The notes below the pieces were generated by a model that did no database searches, had not been told where the DNA came from, and saw only the letters and a list, made by a program, of their open reading frames with translations. The position numbers were made by a program, and so were the translations under genes. This document shows, one piece after another, positions 1 through 14,400 of a DNA stretch of 64,000 nucleotides. The DNA comes from Balanoglossus misakiensis (taxonomy: Eukaryota > Animalia > Hemichordata). Position 1 is the stretch's first letter. Each line of letters opens with the position of its first letter. The stretch spans positions 310,001 through 374,000 of the forward strand of contig CM082597.2 of NCBI GenBank assembly GCA_040954595.2, read 5' to 3'.

Positions 1-2444
1 TCAATATAATGGCAAATAGACTTAGCCAATCCATCAAATTAGAAAGTAGGTTTATATTGTGATGAAGATTACACAAATCACTTTTATATCAGAAGAGTAA
101 ATATGAAAACCAAATACTTTACAAATAAACCAAATGCAAATTTTAAATAAATGCTTACCTGGAACTTACAGAGACATAACATGGTGATATGTCTTCAGTA
201 CGATCAAAGAGTTAAAATGAAGGAAAATCATTACCTTCAACAAGTGACAGTTACGATTGGCATTGGAACGATTACCACGCATGCGTGAATTATAAATATT
301 CAAGGCGGTGTCTTGCTGTACAAATCTCTTTCTGATCATATTATCTTTTCAAATCATATTCTTAAAAAGTAGTCTTGTCACGCAAATGTGACAAAATATT
401 TGCGCGCACACATTGTAGTTTTGCGTGAAAACGCAAGAAATATGCATGAACGCGAGCCCTCTCTATCTATATGTTACTTGTCCCTTTGCATGTGCAATGT
501 GTTAAATATCCACTGATTATTTTTACTTCAATGAGACAACCGCTATGATTTGTTAAACATTTCTTGGTACGGTACAAACCACACATTGAATAAAGACGTC
601 ATATAACATCTCATTTGGAACGCTGCTGGATGTCCACTTTACAGACTATTGTCTCTGTTTCAAAAGAGATTTAGAAAGCGCTTTTAATAATTTGCAAGGA
701 AGATCAGCAACCTGTAAAGTGCTTGGTTCATACTGATTAATGTCGATGTGAGAAAGTCTGAAATTTTATAAATGCTGCCCTCTACAAATGAATGTCAGTA
801 TTTTACTAGAGCAAATAATTTTAATCATAGCTTGGAAAATCAGAAAGCTGATTGAGAAAACTGCATGATGATCAAACAAAGAGCGTTTCTGGGACTGCTT
901 TATTTTCTGACCCTTTTTTCGGCGTTTTTTCTCTCGATAAATGTTACCAAAACCTATGTATGTTAACTCCAATATATAAGGTGTTAGGCCACTATATCGA
1001 AAATGACGTGGCGCTAGAGGGCGTATGATAGTCTGGAGAAGAAAAATGTTTTTACTTCAGGCATAAACATCACTAGAGGAAAATCATATGCTTCACTTCA
1101 TGAAACTCTTTAGATAGTGGAAATGCGAATTTGATGTTTCTTTCTAGATGAAATCTCTAGATGAAATCTCCTGCCTGGCAACTATATTCTGGATGGTACC
1201 AGGTGTTACAGAGCCCTTTTTGCCAGGTTCTTTATTAATCAATTGAATTCAAATATTGACTGTTTATCAAAGCAGTTCCGCTAAGTTTACTCCTAGACTA
1301 TTGATTGAAGTTATTATTCCAGTTTAACAACATGTGGTATACTTTATTAATTAAGTATTCAACTTATGAGAGCTGAACATGATAATTAAATTATAACCAA
1401 TCATAGTGGTTTGCGCCCAGATGGACTAATTGACTATGGCATAAACAACTGTGCATCTCTTAGTTCTTATAGCAAAGGCCATTTGTGGCAGTGTTATGAT
1501 GCAGCGAAGGTGGGAAATTAGAGAATTTGAGAATTTTGACAGGGCAAACTTCCTAGGCAATAGAAAGATATGAACATTCATGTATATTTTATACGCAATG
1601 TTTCACGATGACAGGGGAAATGCACCCAGTTCTTGGAAATACGCAAGATAAATAATTGAAAAATCTTCGTGTTTTACTACTTGCTGTAATATGACCGTTA
1701 AAGTTTCCAGGAAAATTACATGTTGCCAGGAATCCTCTCTTCAATAAAACTCACTTTAGATACTAGACGATAGTTATTATCTGTGCCTCTATATCCAATC
1801 ATTGCCTCTATTGCAGTGCAAATGCATCGACTATTAACGATAACTTCAATCTTGTGAGAAAAGACCACGGTGATAAGATGAGACAGGAAACTAGAGAAGT
1901 CGCATTTCTTGACAGTTTCGCTAATCACGACTTACACTTTTCCTGATAAACTATGAGCTATAAAGCGTGCAGAGAACATCACTGAAGCACTTTATTGGTC
2001 TAGTCCTGTTATCCTGAAACGACTAGACTCTGAGTGTTGAGAGCGTCTTTTGCCCCAAAGGCAACTGAAATGAAATGAACATAGCCAACTCTGCCAATCA
2101 CAAACACAGGCCTATTTGTATAATAAATAACAATTTGTTGGCCAGGATGTTGAAAAGCGTTGTCCAATTAATCAACACGGCGTATTAGAACTGCCGTTGA
2201 TTGGATGTAAAAGGACTTTTTGTTATTGCGATGAATCTGGGCATCCCCAGTTTAATTTGCTCAAAGTCAAAATTAAAAAAGAACATATACCTTCAGCAGC
2301 CCATACTGGTCACAGATTAATGTTTAGGAAGAGAGTCGTGCTATCTGGTTCGGTCACATTTACTGTCGACGAAATCCAACTTGGAGCAAAATGTTTCTGA
2401 GCTGAAGGGATATTAACCATCAACAGTGAATACCTCGCAAGACC

Positions 2445-5400
2445 ATGGAAATCCTAACTATCATTGAAATATTTTTACTCATGCCGGCAATGACAGGTAA
2501 GTGTCAAATTCATAATTATCAGCATTTTATTCTTATACTACGTGATTTCTATCGATAGGAGAGTGACTATACGGTAAGGTACAACACTGCCAATGTATAT
2601 TTTAGAAACAGTTCAGAGAATGTGCAGGTACTAATTACGTACAATGGGTTAGTCCAATTCACACTGATTCTACTACATGCTTGAGTATACACACAATATT
2701 TATTTATTTATTAATTTAACAATTAGTTATTTATTGGTTGTTGATTTCAGAAGGTGTAATGCACATCTCTGTGCATCCAATTGGAGGTACATACAATCTT
2801 GGCGATGACGTCACTTTACAGTGCTCAGTTGCAGAAAAGACCGGAACATGCGTCTGGTATAAAGACAACGTGGATATTAGTTATGACACCACTATGTCCG
2901 GCAATAGCAACCCACGCCAATCTGTATCAAGCCCAGTTCCAAACCAAGATTATTTCCTGACAATCACCGGTGTCACTTATGATGATGCTGGTGATTATTC
3001 CTGTGTCTTGACTACAGGACCTCTATCATCCAACACAGCCACATTAGTTATTGTCGGTGAGCAACTTGAATTACTCCAGTAATCCTAAGCATACTTACAA
3101 ACCCTTTATTATCTGGAAGCAAAACATCACATAGCAAAGGTTCTGACGTCCAACAATAATGCTCATTGAAACATCCAAGCCATCAAAACCAACTAGACAA
3201 ACTGTACGTTGTGCCTTTAGTGAAATGTATGATTTATTTTAAAATGTCGAAACGAGATGTGAATTTAAAATTTGGTAACTTGTAATCGTTAATAGTGATG
3301 GGACACTCAATTAGGCCTCTGAAATTTGACGTCATGATATGATTTATGAGAGTTTCTCAAATGTTTCTATCCTTCAGAGCTATTCCCAAGATTCTCATTT
3401 AGGAACTCAATTACACAAAGTACATCAATAATCTTTTAACAAAATCCTAGAATTTCGTTGAAGTGGGAAGCATTCTGTATCAATCCTGTGACAATAAATA
3501 GACTCTCCAAGCATTTGAAAGGCCTCTTATGACGTTGATTTAGAAATTGAACTTCAAGAGTTGATGTTGCTTTAGGAAAGTGATATTTCATTAGCAAGAG
3601 GGGCCTTTATCCAGTGGACTAAATCAATATTATTTTTTTTGTTCACTACTCTCACTGTTATTTGACAGTGCTCACGAGATCTAAGACTTTTTGATGATGA
3701 AATCAAATTAAGCTAATTCTAATACTTCTGCTGTGAATATAGCGTACCGACAAAGAAAATAACCGTTTTGTTGAACATGTATAGAATCACATGCGAAAAA
3801 AGCTCTATGTTTTGGCAAAGTTATAACAACTTTGTATCAGCTAAATTAAACCAACTCAAGTGATGGTGTAAATGTTTGTCTTACGTCCAATTGATCAGTG
3901 AGTCTTTAATTCACAGTTCTTATTTTGTTTTTATCTTTAGCACCACCACAATCATTCGGAACACAGCCAGACAATGCCACCACCATCGAAGGCAACACGA
4001 CCAATCTCGAGTGCAGTGTAGATAACAAGGATGGAACTCTTCATTGGGAGAAAGACGGAATTTCACTAAATAATGACGAGACTGTGCTGATAAACGCTGG
4101 CCGTTATAACATACTTGCCAATGCACCGATAGGGGAATACAATCTCCAATTGTCGCCAACTTTAGTTGAGGATGATGGAACCTTTGTATGCAAAGTAGAC
4201 GGAGCGGACAACAGTCAACAAATCATTTCAGAACCTGCAACGTTATCTGTAATCCCACGTAAGTATTTAATCACAATTGATGCACCTCTCAAGAAAGACA
4301 AAGAATCAAATGTCCAACTAAGTCCAACTAGAGGTGTCTCACAAATCATGTTGGACTTGGCAACCGATCTTAGCAACAACACACAAACACCGTATTTCAC
4401 TTGAAGGCAAGTCATCAATCAATTGAAAACTATATGACAATATTGAACCCATAATTCTAGTACATTGAAGGTACTGAGTTGTTAATTCAGAATTTTATTG
4501 AAGTTCATGCAATGCAGGTGTACAGATCCGATTTTTTTTCTTCAAACAGTTCAAAAGTTCGAGATCGAACCGACCAATCAAAATGCGACTCAGCACGACA
4601 GTGTGTTACTTCCATGTGACGTAATCGACAAACACGGTGACGTCAAATGGTTCAAGGATGACGTCATCATCAGCAGTAACTATGGCATCGACGCCACGAA
4701 GTGTGACACCACTAGGTATAGTGTGGTTGGCGTTGTTGCCAATGACGAGTACAACCTACAAATCGTAGACGCACAGATAAGTGACAGCGCCACCTATAGG
4801 TGCGAAGTGACCGCCACTCAGCAGATCCCATCGATTCGATCTTCAGATTCGCAGCTGATTGTGACAGGTACAGATTACTTTAAATAACATTTCCGAAGGT
4901 TAATTTCCTAGGTTCAAATGAACAGAATTGACCGAATGTTACTAATTAAAACTCTATGGTACAGACCTATTTTCCTTGTCTTTGTGAGCACAGTTTAGTT
5001 TATATTGATTGTACACTTTTCTGTGTTTTTCCTTGAAACAGATTTTGATGAATGCGCAACTGACAATATATGTGATGATGGTTATCTATGTGTTAATAAT
5101 GAAGGATCATACCAATGTATTTGCTTAGCACCTCAAGGCTGTGATACAGGTGAGATGATTTGCTTAAAACTGGAAGACTGTAGCCAAAAAAGAAAGACAG
5201 ACAACCTTTTTTTGCCAATGAAGTAGATGTGACCCAACCACCACATGCTGATAAAAAATAAAGCAAGTCTATTTGCGTTATTACAGATGACCCATGTTTA
5301 GTAGACGTTGGTTTTTATCGCTGTCAATGTGCTGGTACTACAAATGCAAGCAACGCAGAGTACGGTACGTATAGCAACAACAATATCATAAAACGCACAA

Positions 5401-8400
5401 ATCAATTTTAACGCCACGCACTTATTGTGGTGTACTTTCAACTGAAGCATCGCTGCATACTATATTACTTTGTACAAATACCACTTAATATCTGAGATTG
5501 AATTATTCCCAGAATTATAATCCAGTTGAATTGATGAGAATTCTCAATAAAACAAGACATCAGATTCACCAGGCACTCTATCAGCAGTACAGTGTGACGT
5601 AAACTGATGAATCAACAACGCATTAAAATACTTTACAATGTTTCCTTTCAGGGGGTGTACTGATGTTTCCTGTGAATGTCACTAATGGACCGTACGCAAT
5701 TGAAATCAGTGATAGTAAGTCTATGTTTAATATAACCTTACATTCTAGGAGTTAAGGAGAGACAATAAGTTCATTCAACTTCTCACACGATTCAGACCAT
5801 AATATGTCTCCTGAACAAATAAGAACTGTTACTATAAACTTTATGCTCATTTTCATCAAAGCCATTTAAAGCTTGTGATGGTTATGTGACAGCAATGTAA
5901 CCTATTTAGATTCTCATAATAGCTGGTTTTCTTCTATGTAGGAAAACATGACCTCTGCAAATCGCTAATCATATTTTCTGCTCTGTTTCTCATCATGTTA
6001 ACGTTAATCAAAACCCTTTTAAAGTCATTCATTTTCCTTTTATTCACTTCCTCACTCGCTTTTTAATATATCATCACTGTCATGTAAAATTACACTTGAT
6101 AAGACAATAAACTCAAGGCATATCAGATGTTGTCGCTGTGGGCTTATGAAAGTTTACATGCCCTCCTGTCTCTGATGCTTTTTTAAAACTTTTTTGTTTC
6201 CTATACATTCTTGATTGTTCGCAGATCGGAGTGTATGCAACTGCTACAGATGTGTGATGGATATCAATGTGACAACAGGTACCTATTTTTTAATTTCCTA
6301 TTATGAAAAAAAGTTTGTTTTGATAATGTATACTATTATGCCAAGTGGATGATGTGATGACTTGCAAACATCATGCCCATGACAAAACTCTGTTCTATAT
6401 TATTTGTGGTAGTGATGTTTGACCAACACGAGGAGAATGTTGGTGCCAGTTTTGTTGTATAAATGTTACAAACTTAATTACATTCATTTTAATTTTTCTT
6501 TCAGGACAAGACCTCCTTCACTGTCACATGCTGGAAAACACCATTTTTAGAGGTTGTCCGATCGTGTCCATTCACTCTGACTGGCATGCCAAGGTTTTAA
6601 TTCTTGTTACTATTTGAACATGTATTTTGTGAATTAAAATCCTCCTTTTTTTCTGCAAATATGAGTTTATTTTTGCCAATTTATATTTCCCTTGATTCAT
6701 TCTATCTTTATCTTATATTTTCCCCACCCTCAGTTTTCGGAAGTAGCGGTTCTGACGTTGAAGCCCTTGAATGACGACGTCGTACAAGACACGTTCAATA
6801 CAGTGTTTGGAGTTGCTGTAAATGCCATCATTGATGGTTTCACACAGGTAATGTGTTCTTTGATATCAAATGGCATATCACACGCAGTCAGATGACAACA
6901 GTGCAGACGAAACGCTATGACACTGATAGGACACCATGCCTTGATACATCTTATTTTTCTGGTGGTTCTAAATTATAAACCTACTCGGACAATCTTCTAC
7001 TGGATGCTAACATGTTGTTTGCCCGTCACATGGAAATGACAACACCATGGGTCACATGGCTAGACCGATTGATATTAAAGAATAGTGGTTTTTCTTTACA
7101 GGAACTTGACACATGTTCTAAAGATGACTGCACTAATATCACTGGACAGATTGATGACCTAGCAATTGACCTAGTCAAGGAGCTTCTCGACAAGTACACA
7201 CCAAACCATGACATCATATTGAAGTTTGATGATGAAATGACAGGTGTGTGTCATTTAACATTTGAGTTTTTTATTATCAAACTACGCTAAATCTATAGCT
7301 GATGAAGTATACTGTTACGCTTTTTCACAGAAATGATACTGTGGAAAAATAAGACCAAACCCAATATGATAAAAAAAAGATGTAGGCTTGGCTTGATCTC
7401 TCCAGAGTGGTACAGTACAGCCAAGAACCAGTAACTGTAAAGATCCAGCCAATTCTACATCTGATTTAATCAGATTGAATCTCACGATTTCTTCCACAAG
7501 ATTATATTGCATCATACGTTGAAAAAAGAGAGTGAAATTGTTGCATACAAGTAATATCGCAAAGACATGGCAGAACAATTTATACTATTAATAAAAGTAT
7601 ATATCATCTGCTTTATTTTCTTACCTGGGGTTTTCTCATATACATGTAGGAATCGATGTTGAAGCAAGGAGTGTCAGTAGAGATAAGTCCGAAGAAATCT
7701 CATTTCCCGCAAAACCAACCAATTTTTCAGCTGTGATAACTTTGCCATCAAGCATCATGACGTCTGCAGGTGAGAAAATCACAAATGATTAAATGATTAA
7801 TGTGCATCAACGTTGCACCTCGCATGTGATCTATTTGGTTGTTGTATTGGTCTGTAATGGGGCATTTGACATTTTCCTAATAAAACAAAGTTATATGTAC
7901 CTGGGGTGTGTATGTACGTATGTATGTATTATGTATGAAATGTATTGTCATTCATATCAGTCTTGTATTAATCTCCTAACACTATCTTCTACCCATCTTA
8001 ATACAGGAAATACCATAATTGTGAATACCCTGTATCGCAAACCAGAGCTTGTGGTCGCAAGTGCTAATGTAAGGTATGTTATTTATTAAGTGTGTGTCTG
8101 CCCTGACAGCAGATCAGAGATTTTTCTGTCCTTACGGCAGACATGGTAGCACTATGCAATGCCCTGAGGGCAGTTCACAGCGATGAATGCAAAACAGGAA
8201 TTGAAGTCGATTCAGAGAAACAAAAGCAAATGATTTTGTGGCTAATACCACTTTAAAAGATTATTCCATCTGTTTATTTTCCGTCTCATTCCAGCGCCAA
8301 TCCCGGATCAGTGAACAGCGCCATCATTTCCAGCACAATTTGGCCGCCACTGACAGAACCGCTTCCAGTTGACTCACCCGTCAACATAACATTCAAACAT

Positions 8401-11400
8401 CGTTACCCGATACTAACTGCTGCTCCAACTTGTGGATTTTTGGATGATATTGACATAAATAGGTGTGTTTCTGCCAGTAGACTACACAAGATTTTTGCTA
8501 GTATCGCAACGATCATAACTGCTTGAGACACAGCAAAACAAAATAAAACAAAACATGTAATTCACACCAATATTGGCACTGAGCGCGATCACTGTCGGTC
8601 CATACAATATAGCAATATCACTTAGAACCTAGCTTTCTTTAATAGATGTAATTTCATAGCCTGACATTTTACGTATAACACACAATGAGACAACACTCAA
8701 GTCGTTTAGGGTGATGATTTCCTAGGAAGACATCTAGATCAATGGCTGTAACATACAATGTACCGCCAACGGGGATGATTAATAGCTTGTTCAGCTACCT
8801 ACCCTGGCATTATAAATCATACAGAATGTCTCCTCATTTACTAATTATCGGAATGTCTCCTCTTACTGATACTTTCAACCAGAAATTCAAGCTGGGCATA
8901 TAAATCATTTGGTGGTTAGGTTACGTTTTTTCAGACCGGAAATTAAAACATAAGAGGACATGTGGACATAATTGACAGAACGTTGCAACCCTTGACAGAG
9001 TGAAGTATATAGGCAAACAGTTTAAAAGATTTGCTTGAAGAAGAAAGGGGGAATTACTAGCACACCAATTCAAAAACAACAAAATGAATTTTTCAGTACA
9101 CCGATTGTACGATTCGAAGAAATGATGTGATATCTATTTTTATCGAAATCACCAAAACATTCGACCCCTCAGTGTCAAATTGGAAAATCATAACAATTGT
9201 GAAATGTTAATATACATACACCGGCTATGTCTTGGTTTCTATGTATGTGTAAAAGATGTCATATAAAATATTTGACACAATTTTCCATATTTTATAACAT
9301 CAGGTCAGGTATGACATGGAGCTCAGAGGGATGCCATGTACATGACACGAATGACGACATTACGATTTGTTTCTGTAATCATCTTACAAGCTTTGCTGTC
9401 TTGATGAGGGTTAGTGATTTTGACGTAAGTGTCATTTATTTATTTATTTATTGAATATGAAACACCAGTACGAGAAGCTTGTTTCTCTCAATGCAAATTA
9501 CCGGTTTATCTCTAAAGTCAGATGCTTTACTTCATCTGGTCATTCATTCACTCATTCCTTAATGAATGAATGCATTCATTCATTCATTCATTCATTCATT
9601 CATTCATTCACTTACTTACTCACTCACTCACTCACTCACTCACTCACTCACTCACTCATTCATTCATTCATTCATTCATTCATTCATTCATTCATTCATT
9701 CATTCATTCATTGTGCCATACTTTATAGATACTTCAAAAATCTTTACGAGACACTTGTTTCTCTCAACAATATTGTTCTTATTTTCCCTCGAGTCAGTAA
9801 CTGTAGTTTATGCCACAAAGTTATTGGAGCATGACGCATACTGTACATAATTTATAACACTTTTATTATGACGCATGAGTGGTATCTTAGTGTACCATGA
9901 TTCATGAGTCTGGAAGTAGTGGCTGCATGTGGTCTCTACAGTTTGAAAGATCATGTCACAAAATAGTAGGGCTGCTCATTTGTACAGATAATGTTAAGAA
10001 TAATGTAAGACTGCATTGGATACAATATAATAATCTATGCAAAAGTGAGACAACTAGGCATCCAATTTCCGGTGTTCTGGTATAATTTAATCCTACTAAA
10101 CACGCAATACAATTTATCCGTTTGAAAATGACAGTTTTCATCAACACTATCCCAGAAAACTTTATGACGTCCAGGTTACCTGGTGACGCTGAAAAAATTT
10201 AGCGAAAGTAATTTATAAGCTTGTTCAGGGATCGCTGATGATTAAATTATAAATAGCCTAGAGATGATTGTGAGAAAACATTGTGTTCTGTTGTTATATC
10301 ATGGGGCATTCTGGCATCGCAAGAGAGATCTTCTTTGAAAGTCCACACAAGCTTATCTTATTTGTTCGCTTGAATTTTTAATATGAAAGTGCATCTGTGC
10401 CATTGACTGTGCCCACAGGCCACATCAGTTACCGACTTTATCACCGATATAAATTGTGATAAAAATCTCTCCATCTCTTACTATAACTTCGCTGCGCACG
10501 TATAATTTATTTATACTTTTTTGACATGTCTGTTTCATTTCTATGAAGGTGGACGTCGTACATGAGAAAGCTCTGGAGATAATCAGTTTAATTGGTTGCG
10601 GGATCTCGCTGGTATCCCTGACACTGACTATAACAACCTTCTGTGTTATTCGGCAAGTATTGAATGAAAACTCATATTTCCATTAAAATTAATACTTTTG
10701 CAGTGATAAAACCTATTCATTTCGTTGAGGCAAGTTAATCCCCCAAGTGTATATACCCCTTTTCTGAGAATCGCCTCTATCAAATAAGTGATTTTAACAA
10801 TGTGTACCGGTACATACTATCGTTAGATTCAATTATTTGTGGGTGTTGTCGTCGAACTGATTAAATACATGTATTGTTCGCTTTTACCTGCTTTACGTCA
10901 GAGATTACCTCCATTTCCATCACCTGATAACAGTTACTTTCCACTTATCTAGAAGTCATGTACATGTATGTTATCTCAAAATTATCATTTTGCCACTGAC
11001 CGATTAAAAGGACATATAGCTTCAATTTTTACCTGAGTTTGCCAAGCTGCCATCAATTTGCTACTGTATAATTTTGTGTGTGTGTTGTTTTGTCGCTGTT
11101 TCTACCATATATTGTACATTCCGCATCGTTGAAATAATTCATAATTTCTATTTCATTTTCACTTCAGGCATTTTACACAAGAAAGGATCATACACATCAA
11201 TCTCTGCTTGTCAATCGGAATGGGTCAAGTTATTTTTCTTGCAGGTATTGCTGCCACAAAGAATAAAGTAAGAATATTATTAGTCAGGATATCATTTTTT
11301 TTAAATAATATAATGGAGTTCTCCATTAACCTTTGTTGCTGCAGTGTGTACACATCCTATTTCTACGCTTTGAAAGTCGATGACAAAATAACCCTGTGAA

Positions 11401-14400
11401 ACATTCAACACATGCTAAATATGAATGACTAGTAGAATGTCATGCTTCAAGGATTAATAATCTACCTGTTGAGGAAATACTCAATTAATTAACCATATAC
11501 ACCATGGCCTTAAGTGAATTCAATGGCTGTGATCCTACACAACTGATTTAATATAAAACTATTAAGGTGGGTAGTCCAATATATTGAATAATCATCAAGA
11601 AGACATCAGTATAATTAAATTTCTCATAATCAACGTGTCTTGCTTTATTGGTAAGTTTCCATCAAGGTGGAAATTTCAAAACCCCTATGACAAGAACTTC
11701 CTGCGCATTAAACGAATATATTCTTTGAAGATACATTGATGGTTATAAATTCAGGGCACGTCCATACATCCAGATAATCTTTATTCCAAGTTTACCCCAT
11801 GGGGCTATCGGATACAAAGAATGGGTTTCTTCTCCCATGTATGCATTATCTGCGGACAGTTTTTTAATTTCGACTTTGACAGATTAAAAATTGCACATGT
11901 GGACTTATAATTGATTACTCTATCTAGACGCCTGCCTGTGCCGTACTTACATGCACAATTCCCATATAAACTTGAACACACTGGCAAAGCTACTGCCAAG
12001 AATAATTATAACACGATTGAAACCTAAATAAATCAACCTCATTTTCTGTAGTATATCGACAACAAACATTCAGGTAAAACTACCGCATCTTCCTTTGACA
12101 GGGAATTTACTTCTATTTGTAAAAACATGTTTATCAGTGAACGAGTAACGCTCCCGGTTAGCTCTTTGTTCAATTCAATTTTGTTTTTCCTCCTCACACG
12201 AGTTGTGTAAACTGAAACCAATTCGTGCACCTCCACAAGAAACAAAACCTTTTTGATCAAACTCTACATTCATGAATTGTATTTTTTTTCAGGTGGCTTG
12301 CACTCTGGTTGCTGTTTTGCTGCACTACTTTTTCACATCTGTGTTCTGTTGGATGTTGGTCGAGGGAATTCAACTCTATGCCAAACTTGTCAGAGTATTT
12401 GACAACAATCCGACCAAACGATTCATCGCCTACTTTTTGACAGGATGGGGTAAATATAAAATTGCTTCTAAGTGACATCACAAGCCCATATCTGAGCCCA
12501 TCATGGATAGCATTTGATAAAGGAACAACCCTTAAAATGACGGCCTAGTTGGAATTTTATTCCTCGACATAAAAAAACTGCCGTGATTATATATTTAGAG
12601 ACTGACTTGTTTTACTCTTGTTAACAGGCGTTCCCATGGTGATAGTGGTGATATCTGTTGCTGCTGATCACATGCATTATGGATCTGAGAGCAAGTAGGT
12701 CAAATTCTATTAGCCAGGATCCTAAACACCATTTGTTATATTTCTCGTACACTATGACAGTTCTATTGAAGGCCCATTGACATGGGCACTTACAATACAG
12801 CTACCAGTACACTAGCCTGACAGGCCCTTGCTTTCATAAGGCTGCCAATGATATTGTCATTGACTCTTCTTACTTATCTATTCCCGCAAAGAAATTCCCT
12901 ATGTCCATATTGACCAGGATGCAAACATTAGTCAACATCAATTGTAGAATTATATGATTGTATGCCAGTCACCATAATGTTTTTTATCTCCGCTATTAGT
13001 TGTTGGTTGTCGGTTGACAGCGGATTGATTTGGGCGTTTGTTGGACCTGCTTTGCTGGTTATCATGACCAATGTTGTTTTTCTGGGAATGGTTGTGCGTG
13101 TTATCGCCAAACTACAAAACTGTGCCGAAGACGACAAACATACCAAAATACGGTGAGCAAATCAATGTCTGGCTACCAGACATTGTCGACGAAGATATCG
13201 ACTCACATAAAATCACTTCCCTCATGAATTAATGCACTTGAGGACGCAGGGCACATTTCCTTTCTATAGATTATCGGGTTTTAAATGACTTTTTTGGATT
13301 ATGGATGAGATTTATGAGGTTTGCACTGTTCTGAGGTAACAGGGCATGGTGTCATATGAAGTGCAGCCATAAAGCTTATTTCAACGGTAACATTACATAT
13401 CGGTGCTGTAACAGTAGTGCACCCATCTCAGTGACTGGTGCATTAAAACTCTCAATGATGTCCACGGCAACGGAGTTGATGAGAACAAATGATCCACAAA
13501 ACTGGACCATATCCCAAGAGATTATTAAGTGAGCTTAACAATCAGAAAGAATGACAGTTTAATTGCATCAGTTGAAGGATAGATGCATTTTGTAAGCAAT
13601 CCTATATTGGTAGCGCGGTTAAGTGCACGAAAATACAGAAAGATAAAAGTTGCACCATCAGGCAGCGTAACTACTAGAATGTTGTTATATTTGGTGTGAG
13701 ACTTTAAGGTCATTCAACATTTCTTGTTTGAGCCAAGTTTCATTGTCAATGAAGTCTTATCTTGTTGTCTAACACTAACTCATTTTTTTTCTCTCATAAC
13801 AGAGCAAGTTTAAAGGCAGCAATAGTTCTGTTACCATTGCTTGGCATGACGTGGCTTTTTGGATTATTATCTGTCAACCAACACACCATTTTCTTTGAAT
13901 ACGTCTTCGCTATTCTCAATTCCTTACAAGGATTCTTCATATTCATCTTCTATTGCGTCAACAGCTCGGAGGTAAGAGTAGCACACATATTAAAATTCAC
14001 ACAACACTGATATTGAAGTTCAGCATGCTCTACAAGAGTTTTATGTGGGTGTAGTTAATGCCATCGACCTTAATAATCATGCCAGCATGAACCGTGTTAA
14101 AAACAGTTGCAGTGTACAAACTACGATGTATGAAATCGTGACACTGACATGCCATTTTTCTTCATAAAATACGGATGCATTTTCCATTCAGTTCTATTAC
14201 TAGTTATCATAGTTTGAATTACTATATGGACGACACATCTGGTGGAATTCTCGTTATGACTGTGATAAATGAGATGGGATCGTTTTATGGAACGATATCG
14301 TCTCTTTGTGGCATCAGGTTTCCGCTACTGACATTGATTGGATTCTGGTTCGTGACTGGTCCAACAAACTCACGAACGGAAATACGATGAACAGTATAGA

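Noticed and set aside
1143-1170. 13-nt tandem duplication (TCTAGATGAAATC x2)
   Set aside because: Ordinary slippage duplication with no functional context.
9451-9850. ORFs with HSFI/HSLT repeats (also 57427-57705)
   Set aside because: Artefacts of tetranucleotide microsatellites in introns.
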